A stretch of 64,000 nucleotides of DNA from Polaribacter sp. (GTDB taxonomy: Bacteria > Bacteroidota > Bacteroidia > Flavobacteriales > Flavobacteriaceae). The notes under the pieces are model-generated. The model saw only the letters and a program-made list of their open reading frames with translations. It did not search any database and was not told the origin of the DNA. Position numbers and translations under genes: made by a program. Positions 47,230-57,429 of this stretch are shown here, one piece after another; the first letter of the stretch is position 1, and each line of letters starts with the position of its first letter. The stretch lies in the NCBI RefSeq assembly GCF_036480315.1, contig NZ_JAZGGG010000020.1, positions 42,443-106,442 on the forward strand, given 5' to 3'.

Positions 47230-47721
47230 TCAAATATTTTTATAAAACGTCTTCCAAACCCCTGCCTTTTCACCTTTTTTATATTTTCCTTTTTCTTGAA
47301 TTTTTCCATTTTTATAATATACTTTCCAGTTCCCTTCTCTTAATCCAGTATCATATTTACCAGTCCTTTGCATTTCTCCTGTATCATAATATTCGTAAAA
47401 TTTACCATCTGGTTTTCCATTTACATAGTTTACTTTTTGAAATTTTGCACCATTTTCATGATAATAATTTACAGCACCAACATACATTTCCTTATTAGGC
47501 TGATTTGTTTTACTCAAACCTTCCATTTGCTTTTTCCCAGAAATATAATAATCTATAATCCAATAACCTTTGTCCACTTTCTTTGGAACAGGTCTATAAT
47601 AAGCAGCTTTATCCTTAACAGATAAACTCCAGTTAGAATCGAAATAAATAGTTTCTTGGGCAGATAATGATTGTACTAAAAACCCAACAACAAGTACAAT
47701 AAGTAGGGTTGTAGTTTTCAT
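47230..47721 (-). CDS. MORN-variant repeat protein (YwqK-like), exported
   Basis: Repeated YYxNG..xxxG.Y motifs; signal peptide. Confidence 0.85.
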   Translation of the reverse strand: MKTTTLLIVLVVGFLVQSLSAQETIYFDSNWSLSVKDKAAYYRPVPKKVDKGYWIIDYYISGKKQMEGLSKTNQPNKEMYVGAVNYYHENGAKFQKVNYVNGKPDGKFYEYYDTGEMQRTGKYDTGLREGNWKVYYKNGKIQEKGKYKKGEKAGVWKTFYKNI

Positions 47722-47748
47722 AATATGTGTTTTTAATCGCTGAAGATA

Positions 47749-48828
47749 TTAAAGCTTTTTTGCTCCAAAACCGACAGTATCACAAATATACTGATTTTTT
47801 TGACAGTATTTAGACAATTGATTACCAATAAATTGACTTACCTTTTCTTTTTCATTTTCTGGAAACAATACATGTACGTTTGCGCCTGCATCTAACGTAA
47901 AACAGATGTTACTTTTGTTTTCTTGACGATATTCCCATATTTTATTGATAATTTCTAACGTATTAGGTTTCATTAAAATAAAATACGGATTACTCATTAA
48001 CATCATTGCATGCAATGTTAAGGCTTCACTTTCAACCAAACTTATAAAAGATTCTACATCTCCGTTTTGAAGAATTTCTGATATTTTAGATAAATTATCA
48101 TTCGCTTGTTTAAAACGATTTTCTGCATATGGATGATTGTGCATTAAGTTATGACCAACTGTACTAGAAACTTGCTTTTCTCCTTTATCAACCAATAAAA
48201 TTGTGTCTTGATAGTTCTCAAAAACTGAATGTACATTATAAGGAAATTGTACTCCAAATAAATCTGAACTACCTTCAATTTTTGGGTGACTTCCCCAAAC
48301 GACCATTGGTCCTTCTATACTTCTACTTGCGCTTCCAGAACCTAATCTTGCTAAAAAAGAAGCTTTTTTGTTGATAAACTCAACTGATAATTCTGATGAC
48401 AATTCGTTTTCTAAACTCATTAAACACATTGCAATTGCACTTAAACCACTTGCAGAAGAAGCTATTCCGCTAGAATGTGGAAAAGAATTTTCTGAATTGA
48501 TTATCATCTTATATTCAAAAATATAAGGACAATACTCTTGCACTCTTTTAAAGAATTCTGCAATCTTTGGCTTGAAGGCATCTTTTTGTTTTCCTTCAAA
48601 AAACAAATCGAAATCTACTTCATTTGATTTTTCCTTCTTCTCAAAATCGATGGTTGTAATTGTATGACAATTGTTTAACGTAAAACTAATAGAAGCGTTT
48701 TTAGGAATTTGAGGACTGCTCTTTCCCCAATACTTTACCAACGCAATATTACTTGGAGTTTGCCATGTAAAACTTGCTTTTTCTATTGAGTTATTTATTA
48801 ATTTCGGAATAAATTGTGCTATATTCAA
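47749..48828 (-). CDS. mvaD: Diphosphomevalonate decarboxylase
   Basis: PSNIALVKYWGK, GIASSASG, GSGSASRS, TLDAGANVH. Confidence 0.95.
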   Translation of the reverse strand: MNIAQFIPKLINNSIEKASFTWQTPSNIALVKYWGKSSPQIPKNASISFTLNNCHTITTIDFEKKEKSNEVDFDLFFEGKQKDAFKPKIAEFFKRVQEYCPYIFEYKMIINSENSFPHSSGIASSASGLSAIAMCLMSLENELSSELSVEFINKKASFLARLGSGSASRSIEGPMVVWGSHPKIEGSSDLFGVQFPYNVHSVFENYQDTILLVDKGEKQVSSTVGHNLMHNHPYAENRFKQANDNLSKISEILQNGDVESFISLVESEALTLHAMMLMSNPYFILMKPNTLEIINKIWEYRQENKSNICFTLDAGANVHVLFPENEKEKVSQFIGNQLSKYCQKNQYICDTVGFGAKKL

Positions 48829-48855
48829 TGTCTAGAATTTGCCTCAAAGATAAAA

Positions 48856-49587
48856 CTATTTCAATGAATTCTCGTTTAACTTTTTAAGTACATTTTCTTT
48901 ATAAGTTCTACTTATCGGAATTGCATTTTTATTAATTTCAATAAATTCGTTTGTATAAGAATCTGTTTTGTTTAAATTCACAATATATGATCTATGAATT
49001 CTTAAAAATTGTTGAGATGGCAATTTCATTTCCAAGTTACTAATCGTTTCTCTGGTTACCAAAATCTTGTCTTTTGTATGAATTTTTATATAATCAGATA
49101 AACTTTCAACATATAGAATTTCATCAAAAATAATCTTTACCATTTTACGCTCTGAACGCACAAAAATATAATCGTCTTTAACTTTCTCAACCTCAATGCT
49201 TGTATTTTTTACAATAATTTTGGTTTCAAAATACTTATTAACAGCTTGTAAAAAACGATCAAAACCAATTGGTTTCAATAAATAATCTACTGCTTGTAAA
49301 TCGAACCCATCTAAAGCATATTCTCTGTAAGCAGTTGTGAAAATTATTTTTGATTTCTTGTTTAATGTTTTTGCTAAAGACAAACCTGAAACATCTGGCA
49401 TATTAATATCTAAAAAGAATAAATCAATATTTTGAGAATTTGAAATTTCAAAAGCTTCCATTGCGTTTTTACAACTTTTAACCAAATACAAATTCGGAAT
49501 TTTAGTTACAAAAGATTCTAAAATCTTTCTAGCAACTGGTTCGTCATCAACAATAATACAATTAATAATATTCATTTTAGTTTTCAA
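48856..49587 (-). CDS. LytTR family response regulator
   Basis: REC (VDDE, LDINMP) plus LytTR (FLRIHRSYIVN). Confidence 0.95.
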   Translation of the reverse strand: MKTKMNIINCIIVDDEPVARKILESFVTKIPNLYLVKSCKNAMEAFEISNSQNIDLFFLDINMPDVSGLSLAKTLNKKSKIIFTTAYREYALDGFDLQAVDYLLKPIGFDRFLQAVNKYFETKIIVKNTSIEVEKVKDDYIFVRSERKMVKIIFDEILYVESLSDYIKIHTKDKILVTRETISNLEMKLPSQQFLRIHRSYIVNLNKTDSYTNEFIEINKNAIPISRTYKENVLKKLNENSLK

Positions 49588-49593
49588 TAAGAT

Positions 49594-50640
49594 TTAAAAC
49601 TCAATTTTTAAATGTACTTTAAAAGTATCATTTTTTTCAATTATTTCTAGTTGATGCTTTTTGGAATATAACATTTCTAAACGCTTTTTAATATTCTGCA
49701 GCCCGATGCCTACATTCTTTTTTTCTTTTTTGGTTGCTGTATTTTCAACCTCAAAAAACAAGCAATTATTTTCAGTTTTCAATCGAATATTAACATTTAA
49801 AACACCATCTTTTATTTCTCCATGTTTAAAACTATTTTCAACAAATGGTATTAATAACATTGGTGGAATTTGAAGAGAATCATTCAACCTCTCTTTACTA
49901 AAATCAACTTTTAAAGTATCATGAAAACGCATTCTCTCTAATGAAATATAATCTTCTAAATGATTTATTTCTTCAATTAAAAGTACTTTTGGTTTTTCTA
50001 CTTGATATAAAATATAATCTAACAAATTAGATAATTTTAAAATCATTTCTGGCGCTTCATCTGCTTTCGCAATTGCAAATCCATAAATAGTATTTAAAGA
50101 ATTAAACAAGAAGTGTGGATGAATTTGCATCTTTAAAAACTTTAATTCTTGCTCTTTTAATTCCAGCTGGGTTTGTAAAAATTTATTTTTTAAATCTTCA
50201 TTATTTACAATATTTTTATAACTGTGTATTACCAAACCAATGGTAATCACAACCAGAACAACTATATAAATACCTAAAGCAATAAAGAAAATTGTTTTGG
50301 TTAAAGGCCTAGAGTTTTCAATTGTTAATTCTGTAGAAAAAACCAAGCCATAAAAAATAGAAATCATTATAAAACAAAAAGAAATAATGAACGTATAAAT
50401 TGTATACAAAACAAAAAGGCCATGCTTTTTTGCAATTAAATATTTAGGTATTAATTGATACAAAAAAAAGTAACTCATAATAATAGTTACAGGCATTAAG
50501 AAAGCCGAAAACTTATTTACATAGGCAATATTATCACTTCCATAGCCTAAAAAATAGGTGTAAAAAAAGTAAACTCCAATCCAAAAAAAGGAATGTAAAA
50601 TTAATTTAATTAAGGTTGTTATTATAACTTTAGTTTTCAT
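49594..50640 (-). CDS. LytS-type sensor histidine kinase
   Basis: 4 TM helices, QIHPHFLFNSLN, PFVENSFKHG, GIGLQN. Confidence 0.95.
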   Translation of the reverse strand: MKTKVIITTLIKLILHSFFWIGVYFFYTYFLGYGSDNIAYVNKFSAFLMPVTIIMSYFFLYQLIPKYLIAKKHGLFVLYTIYTFIISFCFIMISIFYGLVFSTELTIENSRPLTKTIFFIALGIYIVVLVVITIGLVIHSYKNIVNNEDLKNKFLQTQLELKEQELKFLKMQIHPHFLFNSLNTIYGFAIAKADEAPEMILKLSNLLDYILYQVEKPKVLLIEEINHLEDYISLERMRFHDTLKVDFSKERLNDSLQIPPMLLIPFVENSFKHGEIKDGVLNVNIRLKTENNCLFFEVENTATKKEKKNVGIGLQNIKKRLEMLYSKKHQLEIIEKNDTFKVHLKIEF

Positions 50641-50854
50641 AAGAAGTATGCAATATCTTATATTTTATGAGAAATTCATTTTTTTTTGAGATGAAATTCT
50701 ATTTTTACAAGACAATTAACCATTTTAACACTTTTTGTAGAAAAGCTTTTTAAATTGGTTAGTTTTAGAAGAAATGTATGCATTCATCGAAATTAAATAG
50801 TAACAGCTATTTTCTAATTTATTTTTGATAAAAATAATTTTAAAAACTCAAATT

Positions 50855-51205
50855 ATGATTTTAGACAGATTAAACGAAGGTGGTCCTTTATTTATGTACA
50901 CAATTTTACTGGTATTTATTATTTCTATTGTACTAATTATAAAAGAACTTCTAAAACCAGACCAAAAAGGTAAAACATTAGAACTTATAAAATCTTTAAG
51001 TTTATTTGCTTTAGTTACTGGGTTTTTAGGTTTAATGATTGGATTAATTACTGCTTTTGATTCTATAACTTTAGAAGGAAACATAAGTCCTGATATTTTT
51101 GCTAGCGGATTAAAAATTGGTTTATTATCGCCAACTTTTGGGTCTTTTGTATTTTTAATAGTTAGATTAAGTATTATTGGTTTAATTCTAAAGAAAAAAG
51201 AATAA
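50855..51205 (+). CDS. Short MotA/TolQ/ExbB-like membrane protein
   Basis: EGGP.FM, GLMIGLITAFDSI..G.ISP..ASGLK; ATG at 50855 preferred to 50825. Confidence 0.75.
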   Translation: MILDRLNEGGPLFMYTILLVFIISIVLIIKELLKPDQKGKTLELIKSLSLFALVTGFLGLMIGLITAFDSITLEGNISPDIFASGLKIGLLSPTFGSFVFLIVRLSIIGLILKKKE

Positions 51206-51208
51206 CAA

Positions 51209-52651
51209 ATGAGAATATTTGAAATATTACTATTAATAATTTCTTTCTCTTCTTTCTTTTATATCTCTTTAGTAAAAGGTAGAATTCATAAGAAAATAGA
51301 ATTAGCAATCGTTTTAGGTTTACTTATAATTCATTTTATTTTTGAAGGATATCGTTGGCAAATGATTCCTATTTATATTTTATTATTCATAATTGGATTT
51401 TGCATATATAAAGAATACTCAATTTTTAAAGGAGGTTGGCTTAAAAAAAGTTTCACAACACTTGGTTTAAGTATCTTATTAATTATTGGTTATACACTGC
51501 CAACTGTCTTACCAATTTTTGAATTACCAAAACCTACTGGAAAATATAAAATTGGTTCTCAATACATTCATTTAAAAACAGACAGAGAAGAAACTATAAC
51601 TTCAAATCCTAATGATAAAAGAGAATTAATGATAAAGGTTTGGTACCCTGCTAATATCAAAAATGAAAGCAAAGAACCTTATTTAAATAATGGTGATAGA
51701 ATTAGTTTTGCTGCAAAATATGGGTTACCAAAATCTACTTTTAATTATTTAGACCATGTAAAAACAAACACGTATTTAGAACCAAAAGTTATTGACGAAA
51801 AATTTCCTGTACTTATTTTTTCTCATGGATCTTACTCTAAAGCTTCTGGTTATTATGCAATTATAGAAGAAATTGTAAGTAATGGTTATATTGTTTTAAA
51901 CATTAATCATACCTACGAAAGTACTGGAACGTTATTTCCAGATGGTAGCATGAAACTCTACAGTCAAGAGTATAGTGAAAAACATATAACCACACAGAAA
52001 ATGGCTGAATTAGCATGGGAAATACAGCAAGATTATATAAATGCAAAAAACGAAAAAGAGCGATTTTCAGCTTCAGATTTTGCTTTAAAAAACTATATAG
52101 CTGCAGATATTTCAAAAAGATGGTCTAAAGATATTACTTCAGTTATTGATGAATTTGAAAATTGGAATGAAAACTCTTTTTTAGCCAATCATTTAGACAT
52201 TAGTAGAATTGGCGTTTTTGGTCATTCTCAAGGAGGAACTTCAGTTGGACAATCAATTTTAGATGATCAAAGAGTTTCTGCTGGGGCAAATCTTGATGGT
52301 ATTCAATGGGGAAACATGATTGATACTTTAGTAACTAAACCTTTTCTTTTGATGTCTTCAGATTGGAAATTTCCACACCCAAATTACAACAAATACGCAT
52401 ACAGAAATGGAGGTTCTTCTGTTTTTTATGATGCAAAAGTTAAAAATTCTGGGCATGCTAGCTTTATGGATATACCGCTGATGATTAATATTCCACAACT
52501 CAATGAGTCAGGAACTATAAACCCAAAGGAAGCTTATAAAATCATCAACCAAAGTGTGGTTTCTTTTTTTGATAATCATTTAAAAAACAAAGAAAACAAC
52601 TTATTAAAACTCCCTAGCAAACACGAATCACTAGAAATTATTAAAAAATAA
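51209..52651 (+). CDS. Membrane-anchored alpha/beta hydrolase (PAF-acetylhydrolase-like)
   Basis: PTGKYKIG, WYPA, FSHG, GHSQGG, NLDG. Confidence 0.88.
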   Translation: MRIFEILLLIISFSSFFYISLVKGRIHKKIELAIVLGLLIIHFIFEGYRWQMIPIYILLFIIGFCIYKEYSIFKGGWLKKSFTTLGLSILLIIGYTLPTVLPIFELPKPTGKYKIGSQYIHLKTDREETITSNPNDKRELMIKVWYPANIKNESKEPYLNNGDRISFAAKYGLPKSTFNYLDHVKTNTYLEPKVIDEKFPVLIFSHGSYSKASGYYAIIEEIVSNGYIVLNINHTYESTGTLFPDGSMKLYSQEYSEKHITTQKMAELAWEIQQDYINAKNEKERFSASDFALKNYIAADISKRWSKDITSVIDEFENWNENSFLANHLDISRIGVFGHSQGGTSVGQSILDDQRVSAGANLDGIQWGNMIDTLVTKPFLLMSSDWKFPHPNYNKYAYRNGGSSVFYDAKVKNSGHASFMDIPLMINIPQLNESGTINPKEAYKIINQSVVSFFDNHLKNKENNLLKLPSKHESLEIIKK

Positions 52652-52654
52652 ATT

Positions 52655-53980
52655 ATGATAAAAAATATACTTTGTATTACACTCTTGGTGTGCTCTATTT
52701 TTACTAAAGCACAAACAAGTACTATAAAAAATCTCGACAACTTATTTGGCAAACTTGAATTAAAAAATAAAGCAATGGGATCAATTTCTATCTTTAAAGA
52801 TGGGACTGAGTTCTATAAAAAAAACATTGGCTTTTCTAACCTTAAAAACAAAACAAAAGGAGATAAATTTACCAAACACAGAATTGGTTCTATTACCAAA
52901 ATTTTTACAACAACAATTATCCTACAGCAAATTGATGAAGGAAAGTTAACCTTAAATTCATTACTTAATGAGTTTTTTCCTGCAATACAAAATTCAGACA
53001 ATATTACTATTGAAGATTTATTAAGGCATCAAAGTGGATTAGCAAATATTACTGAAGATAAAGAAATTAGAAGTTGGATTACAAAACCACAATCTCGCGA
53101 AAAAATGATTGCTCGTTTTGTTAAAAACGGAATTCAATTTGAGCCGAAAGAAAAATCAAAATACTCAAATACAAACTTTATCATTCTTTCTTATATCTCT
53201 GAAATATTAGATGAAAAACCATTTTCAGAAATTTTAAACTCTAGAATAATTAAACCTCTAAATTTAAAAAGAACAGAATTCGGAAAACCAATTGCACCAA
53301 ACAACAATGAAGCTTTTGCATATTATTTTGAAAATAATAAATGGAATTTAATTGACATGCTAACACATATGTCTGCACCAATGGGAGCTGGTGCAATTGT
53401 TTCAACTTCTTCTGAATTGAATGTTTTTTTCACCAATCTATTTACTCAAAAACTAACTTCTGCAGAATCTTTAAAAAAATTCATGAATATCAAAAAAGGG
53501 CAAGGATTAGGTATTATGCAATTTGAATTTAAAGGTTTAAAGATTTATGGACATGATGGAGGAATTGATGGTTTTCAATCTTATGCCTTATACATTCCAG
53601 AGAAAAAAACTTCAATAGCTTTTACCTTTAATGGTTTTAGTGGTATGATAATGCCAACTGTGATATCTATTTTAGATACTTATTTTGAAAACGACACCTA
53701 TTTAAAAAAGAAAATCGCTATTAATTTAACCTCGGCTGAATTAGATACTTATTTAGGAATTTATAGTGGTAAAACTTTTCCAGCAAAAGTAACTTTCTCA
53801 AAAAAAGGAAACACCCTTTTCGCACAAGCAACAGGGCAACCAACTTTTAAATTAATTGCCGTTAAAAAAGATAGTTTTATTTATGACGCAATGGGGATTC
53901 GTTTTGATTTTAACTTGAAAACAAAAACAATGGAACTTACTTCTAGGGGCAATAAACACTTGCTTAACAAAGAAGAATAA
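52655..53980 (+). CDS. Serine hydrolase (beta-lactamase class C / D-peptidase family)
   Basis: SITK (SxxK), YSN, HDG motifs; signal peptide. Confidence 0.92.
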   Translation: MIKNILCITLLVCSIFTKAQTSTIKNLDNLFGKLELKNKAMGSISIFKDGTEFYKKNIGFSNLKNKTKGDKFTKHRIGSITKIFTTTIILQQIDEGKLTLNSLLNEFFPAIQNSDNITIEDLLRHQSGLANITEDKEIRSWITKPQSREKMIARFVKNGIQFEPKEKSKYSNTNFIILSYISEILDEKPFSEILNSRIIKPLNLKRTEFGKPIAPNNNEAFAYYFENNKWNLIDMLTHMSAPMGAGAIVSTSSELNVFFTNLFTQKLTSAESLKKFMNIKKGQGLGIMQFEFKGLKIYGHDGGIDGFQSYALYIPEKKTSIAFTFNGFSGMIMPTVISILDTYFENDTYLKKKIAINLTSAELDTYLGIYSGKTFPAKVTFSKKGNTLFAQATGQPTFKLIAVKKDSFIYDAMGIRFDFNLKTKTMELTSRGNKHLLNKEE

Positions 53981-54044
53981 TTAAAAAATTACTCGGTTTT
54001 TAAAATACCTATTTCATTCATTTGAAATAGGTATTTTTGCATTT

Positions 54045-54650
54045 ATGAAAACTAAAAAAGTTTTTTTATTATTGAATGGTGAAGTACCAAATAAACTTCC
54101 AAGTCTTTCTGACTATGAAGTTATTTGCGCAACAGATGGTGCGTACCATTTTTTAGAAAAAAATAACATTATTCCCAATTTCATTAGTGGCGATTTTGAC
54201 TCTTTAGAAAACCTTCCAACAAATACTGAAGTGATTCATACACCAAATCAAGACTTTACAGATTTTGATAAAATATTACAAATCTTGTATGATAAAGGTT
54301 TTGAAAATATTGACATTTTTGGAGCAAGTGGTAAAGAACAAGATCACTTTTTAGGGAATTTACACACAGCAATTCAATGGAAAAGCAAGTTGAAACTTAC
54401 TTTTGTTGATAATTATTGTCGTTATTTTTTAGCTGATAAAAGCACAACAATTTCTGATTGTAAAAACAAAACTGTTTCCTTAATTCCTTTTCCAAAAGCT
54501 ACAGATATCACCACAACAGGATTACAATATTCATTAAATAATGAAGATTTATCTTTTGGAAAAAGAATAGGAACAAGAAATAAAGCGATTAAAAATAAAA
54601 TAGACATCAGTTATAAAACTGGAGAACTCTTTATTTTTGTCAATCATTAA
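54045..54650 (+). CDS. thiN: Thiamine diphosphokinase
   Basis: TDGAY, GDFDS, QDFTDFDK, GLQYSL. Confidence 0.93.
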   Translation: MKTKKVFLLLNGEVPNKLPSLSDYEVICATDGAYHFLEKNNIIPNFISGDFDSLENLPTNTEVIHTPNQDFTDFDKILQILYDKGFENIDIFGASGKEQDHFLGNLHTAIQWKSKLKLTFVDNYCRYFLADKSTTISDCKNKTVSLIPFPKATDITTTGLQYSLNNEDLSFGKRIGTRNKAIKNKIDISYKTGELFIFVNH

Positions 54651-54654
54651 AAAA

Positions 54655-54888
54655 ATGCCTAGAAAAATAAAATTATTGTGGGATTTTAGAGGTCCTGATG
54701 CAAAAGAAACAGCAAAACATCATACCATTCATTTAAAAGAATTTGCAGCTATTGAAAAGTTAACTTTTCATGAAATAGATATTCAAGAAAAAAATGAAAT
54801 GTTGTTTTCTGCTTTTATAACTGTTGATGAAAAGGACATGAAAATTTATAGAGATGCTTTAAAACCGCATCGCGGTGAAGTTGGTTAA
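54655..54888 (+). CDS. Conserved small hypothetical protein
   Basis: MPRKIKLLWDFRGP...LKPHRG; ATG at 54655 preferred. Confidence 0.75.
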   Translation: MPRKIKLLWDFRGPDAKETAKHHTIHLKEFAAIEKLTFHEIDIQEKNEMLFSAFITVDEKDMKIYRDALKPHRGEVG

Positions 54889-54931
54889 CCTTTAAAAATA
54901 ATTTACTTAACTTTAAACTTTAAGTATTTTT

Positions 54932-55500
54932 ATGGAAGCTCAACAATCAATTATTTCAGAAATTTATAAAGACATTTCTTTTACTCCAGAAGAAATAGCA
55001 CTTATACACCCTATACTTAAAAAAAGAACTTTAAAAAAAGGTGATATTCTGATAAAACTGTATTTCATAAATATTATGTTTTTAGTGGCTGCTTAAGATC
55101 ATACCATATAGACAAAAACCTAAAAGAACATACGATTCAATTTGCTATAAAAGACTGGTGGATAACAGATTTAAATGCATATTTTAACAATTATAAATCT
55201 AACTTAATAGTTGAAGTTATTCAAGATGCAATAGTATACGAAATTGCTAAAAAGGATATAGAAATTCTGTATTCTAAAATACATAAATTAGAAACTTTCT
55301 ATAGAAAAAAAATCGAAAAAGCATTTGCAAGTTATCAAAATAGAATCCTAGAAAACTCCGTAAAATCGGCAGAAGAAAAATATATTTCTTTTATAAAAAG
55401 TTACCCAAAAATTGAAAAAAAAGTAAAAAACTACCATATCGCTTCTTATTTAGGTATTACAAGTGAGAGTTTAAGTAGAATAAGGAAAAAATTAAAGTAA
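54932..55500 (+). pseudogene. Crp/Fnr family transcriptional regulator, frameshifted
   Basis: Manual translation: MEAQQ...LKKGDILIK, then a shift near 55052-55060 into TVFHKYYVFSGCLRSY...IASYLGITSESLSRIRKKLK*; missing from the ORF track. Confidence 0.85.
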
Positions 55501-55598
55501 TTTCTTATCATACATCAATTTTTTAAAAAAATATTCTTTTTATATTTACATATAGTAGGTTTAAATATATCCCCCAATTCATATTTATTCAATTATTT

Positions 55599-55632
55599 AA
55601 AAGCCATTTAGATTAAAATATAAATGGCTTTT
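55599..55632. terminator. Terminator hairpin between convergent genes
   Basis: aaaagccattta / taaatggctttt. Confidence 0.7.
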
Positions 55633-55649
55633 ATCTTTTTATAAAAAAT

Positions 55650-56207
55650 CTATTTTTTCCATTTTATTCCACAACCCATACTAGGCTTTTGATTTTCTAA
55701 AGCAGATTTATTTTCTAATAAATTATCAAGAGCATTTCTTAAATCAATTCCTGTAACTGGTTTTCCATTTCCAGGTCTTGAATCATCTAATTGCCCATGA
55801 TAAACTGATTTTAAATCTGTGTCAAAAGCATAAAAATCTGGAGTACAAGCAGCATCGTATTTTTTTGCTATTTCTTGAGTTTCATCATATAAATAAGGAA
55901 AAGGATAGCTTTCATCTATTGCTAATTGCAGCATTAATTTTGGCGAATCTTGTGGGTAATTCTCAACATCATTAGAACTTATCGCAATAAAATTGATTCC
56001 TTTTTGTTGATATTCATTCGCCATTTTAACTAACTCATCATTTACATGAATTACAAACGGACAATGATTACATATAAACATAATTACTGTTCCTTCTTCT
56101 CCTTTTACTTTAGAAAGGGATAGAAAATTACCATCTATTGTATTGAGTAAATTAAAACTAGGAGCTGATGTTCCGTTTTTAAATTCGTTTGATTCTGTTC
56201 TTGCCAT
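55650..56207 (-). CDS. Thioredoxin family / AhpC-TSA redoxin
   Basis: FICNHCPFV, AACTPDF, PSMGCGIKW. Confidence 0.93.
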   Translation of the reverse strand: MARTESNEFKNGTSAPSFNLLNTIDGNFLSLSKVKGEEGTVIMFICNHCPFVIHVNDELVKMANEYQQKGINFIAISSNDVENYPQDSPKLMLQLAIDESYPFPYLYDETQEIAKKYDAACTPDFYAFDTDLKSVYHGQLDDSRPGNGKPVTGIDLRNALDNLLENKSALENQKPSMGCGIKWKK

Positions 56208-56211
56208 TAGA

Positions 56212-57429
56212 CTAGGAATTAGTTTCTGCTAAAGCTGTAGCGCAAATAAAACCACCAGTCCAAGCATTCTGAAAATTAAATCCACCAGTTACTGCATCAA
56301 TATTTAAAACTTCACCTACAAAGAATAAGTTGTTGTGTTTTTTACTTTCAAAACGTTTAAAGTTAATTTCTTTTAAATCTATTCCACCAGCTGTTACAAA
56401 TTCATCCTTAAATGTAGTTCTTCCATTTGCGTTATAAATTCCTTTTGTAAGTTGATTTGCCAAATTTTCTAACTGAATATTATTCAAATCCGCCCAATTT
56501 TGAGTTTTAGAAATACCCGAAAATAACACAAAACGTTCCCATAATCTTTTAGAAATCTCTGTAAAAGGTGATTTTAAAATGGCCGTTTTACGTGGCTCTT
56601 TCTTTTTTAAATTCAATAAAACATTCAAAACTTTATCCGTTGGCCTAGATAACCAATTTACTTCCACATTGTATTGATATTTTTTATCAGCCAAAATTCT
56701 TGCTCCAAAAGCAGACAGTTTTAAAATTGCTGGCCCACTCATTCCCCAATGCGTAATTAATAAAGGTCCTGAAGCTTCTAATTTTGTGCCAGAAATATTT
56801 ACAGTAGCATTCGGTACAGAAGTCCCCAGTAAATCCACCAATCTCTTATCATTAATATTAAAGGTAAATAAAGACGGAACAGGCTCTATAATAGAATGAT
56901 CTAAAGTTTCACATAATTCCCAAACCTTTTTAGAACTTCCCGCAGCAATAACTAACTTATCCGCTTTAAAAGTTTGTTCTTTAGTGTTGATAACCCATTT
57001 GTTTTCTTGTTGAAAAACAGAATTTACACCACAGTTTGTTAACACTTTAATCCCTAACTTATCAACAGATTTCTGAAAACAATCTATAATTACCTGACTT
57101 GTATTAGCTTCTGGAAATACTCTATTATCTTCTTCAATTTTTAAAGGAACTTCCCTCTCATTAAACCATTCAAAAGTATCTCCTGTCATAAATTTATGGA
57201 AAGGCCCTAACAATTCTTTTTCTCCTCTTGGATAGAACTTTACCAATTCTTTTGGCTCAAAACACGCATGCGTTACATTACATCTTCCGCCACCAGAAAT
57301 TTTTACTTTCTGTAAGACATCTTTTCCTTTTTCTAGAATAGTAATATCTAAATCCGGATTGTTTTCTTTCGCATTTATTGCTGTAAAATATCCTGCAGCT
57401 CCACCACCAATAATTATTACTTTACTCAT
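56212..57429 (-). CDS. HI0933/YhiN family flavoprotein
   Basis: GGGAAG, KVKISGGGRCNVT, VTAGG, GGFNFQNAW. Confidence 0.93.
   Translation of the reverse strand: MSKVIIIGGGAAGYFTAINAKENNPDLDITILEKGKDVLQKVKISGGGRCNVTHACFEPKELVKFYPRGEKELLGPFHKFMTGDTFEWFNEREVPLKIEEDNRVFPEANTSQVIIDCFQKSVDKLGIKVLTNCGVNSVFQQENKWVINTKEQTFKADKLVIAAGSSKKVWELCETLDHSIIEPVPSLFTFNINDKRLVDLLGTSVPNATVNISGTKLEASGPLLITHWGMSGPAILKLSAFGARILADKKYQYNVEVNWLSRPTDKVLNVLLNLKKKEPRKTAILKSPFTEISKRLWERFVLFSGISKTQNWADLNNIQLENLANQLTKGIYNANGRTTFKDEFVTAGGIDLKEINFKRFESKKHNNLFFVGEVLNIDAVTGGFNFQNAWTGGFICATALAETNS

Noticed and set aside
54002-54037. Hairpin upstream of thiN as a TPP riboswitch
   Set aside because: It is a simple AT-rich stem lacking TPP aptamer consensus; more likely the terminator of the upstream operon
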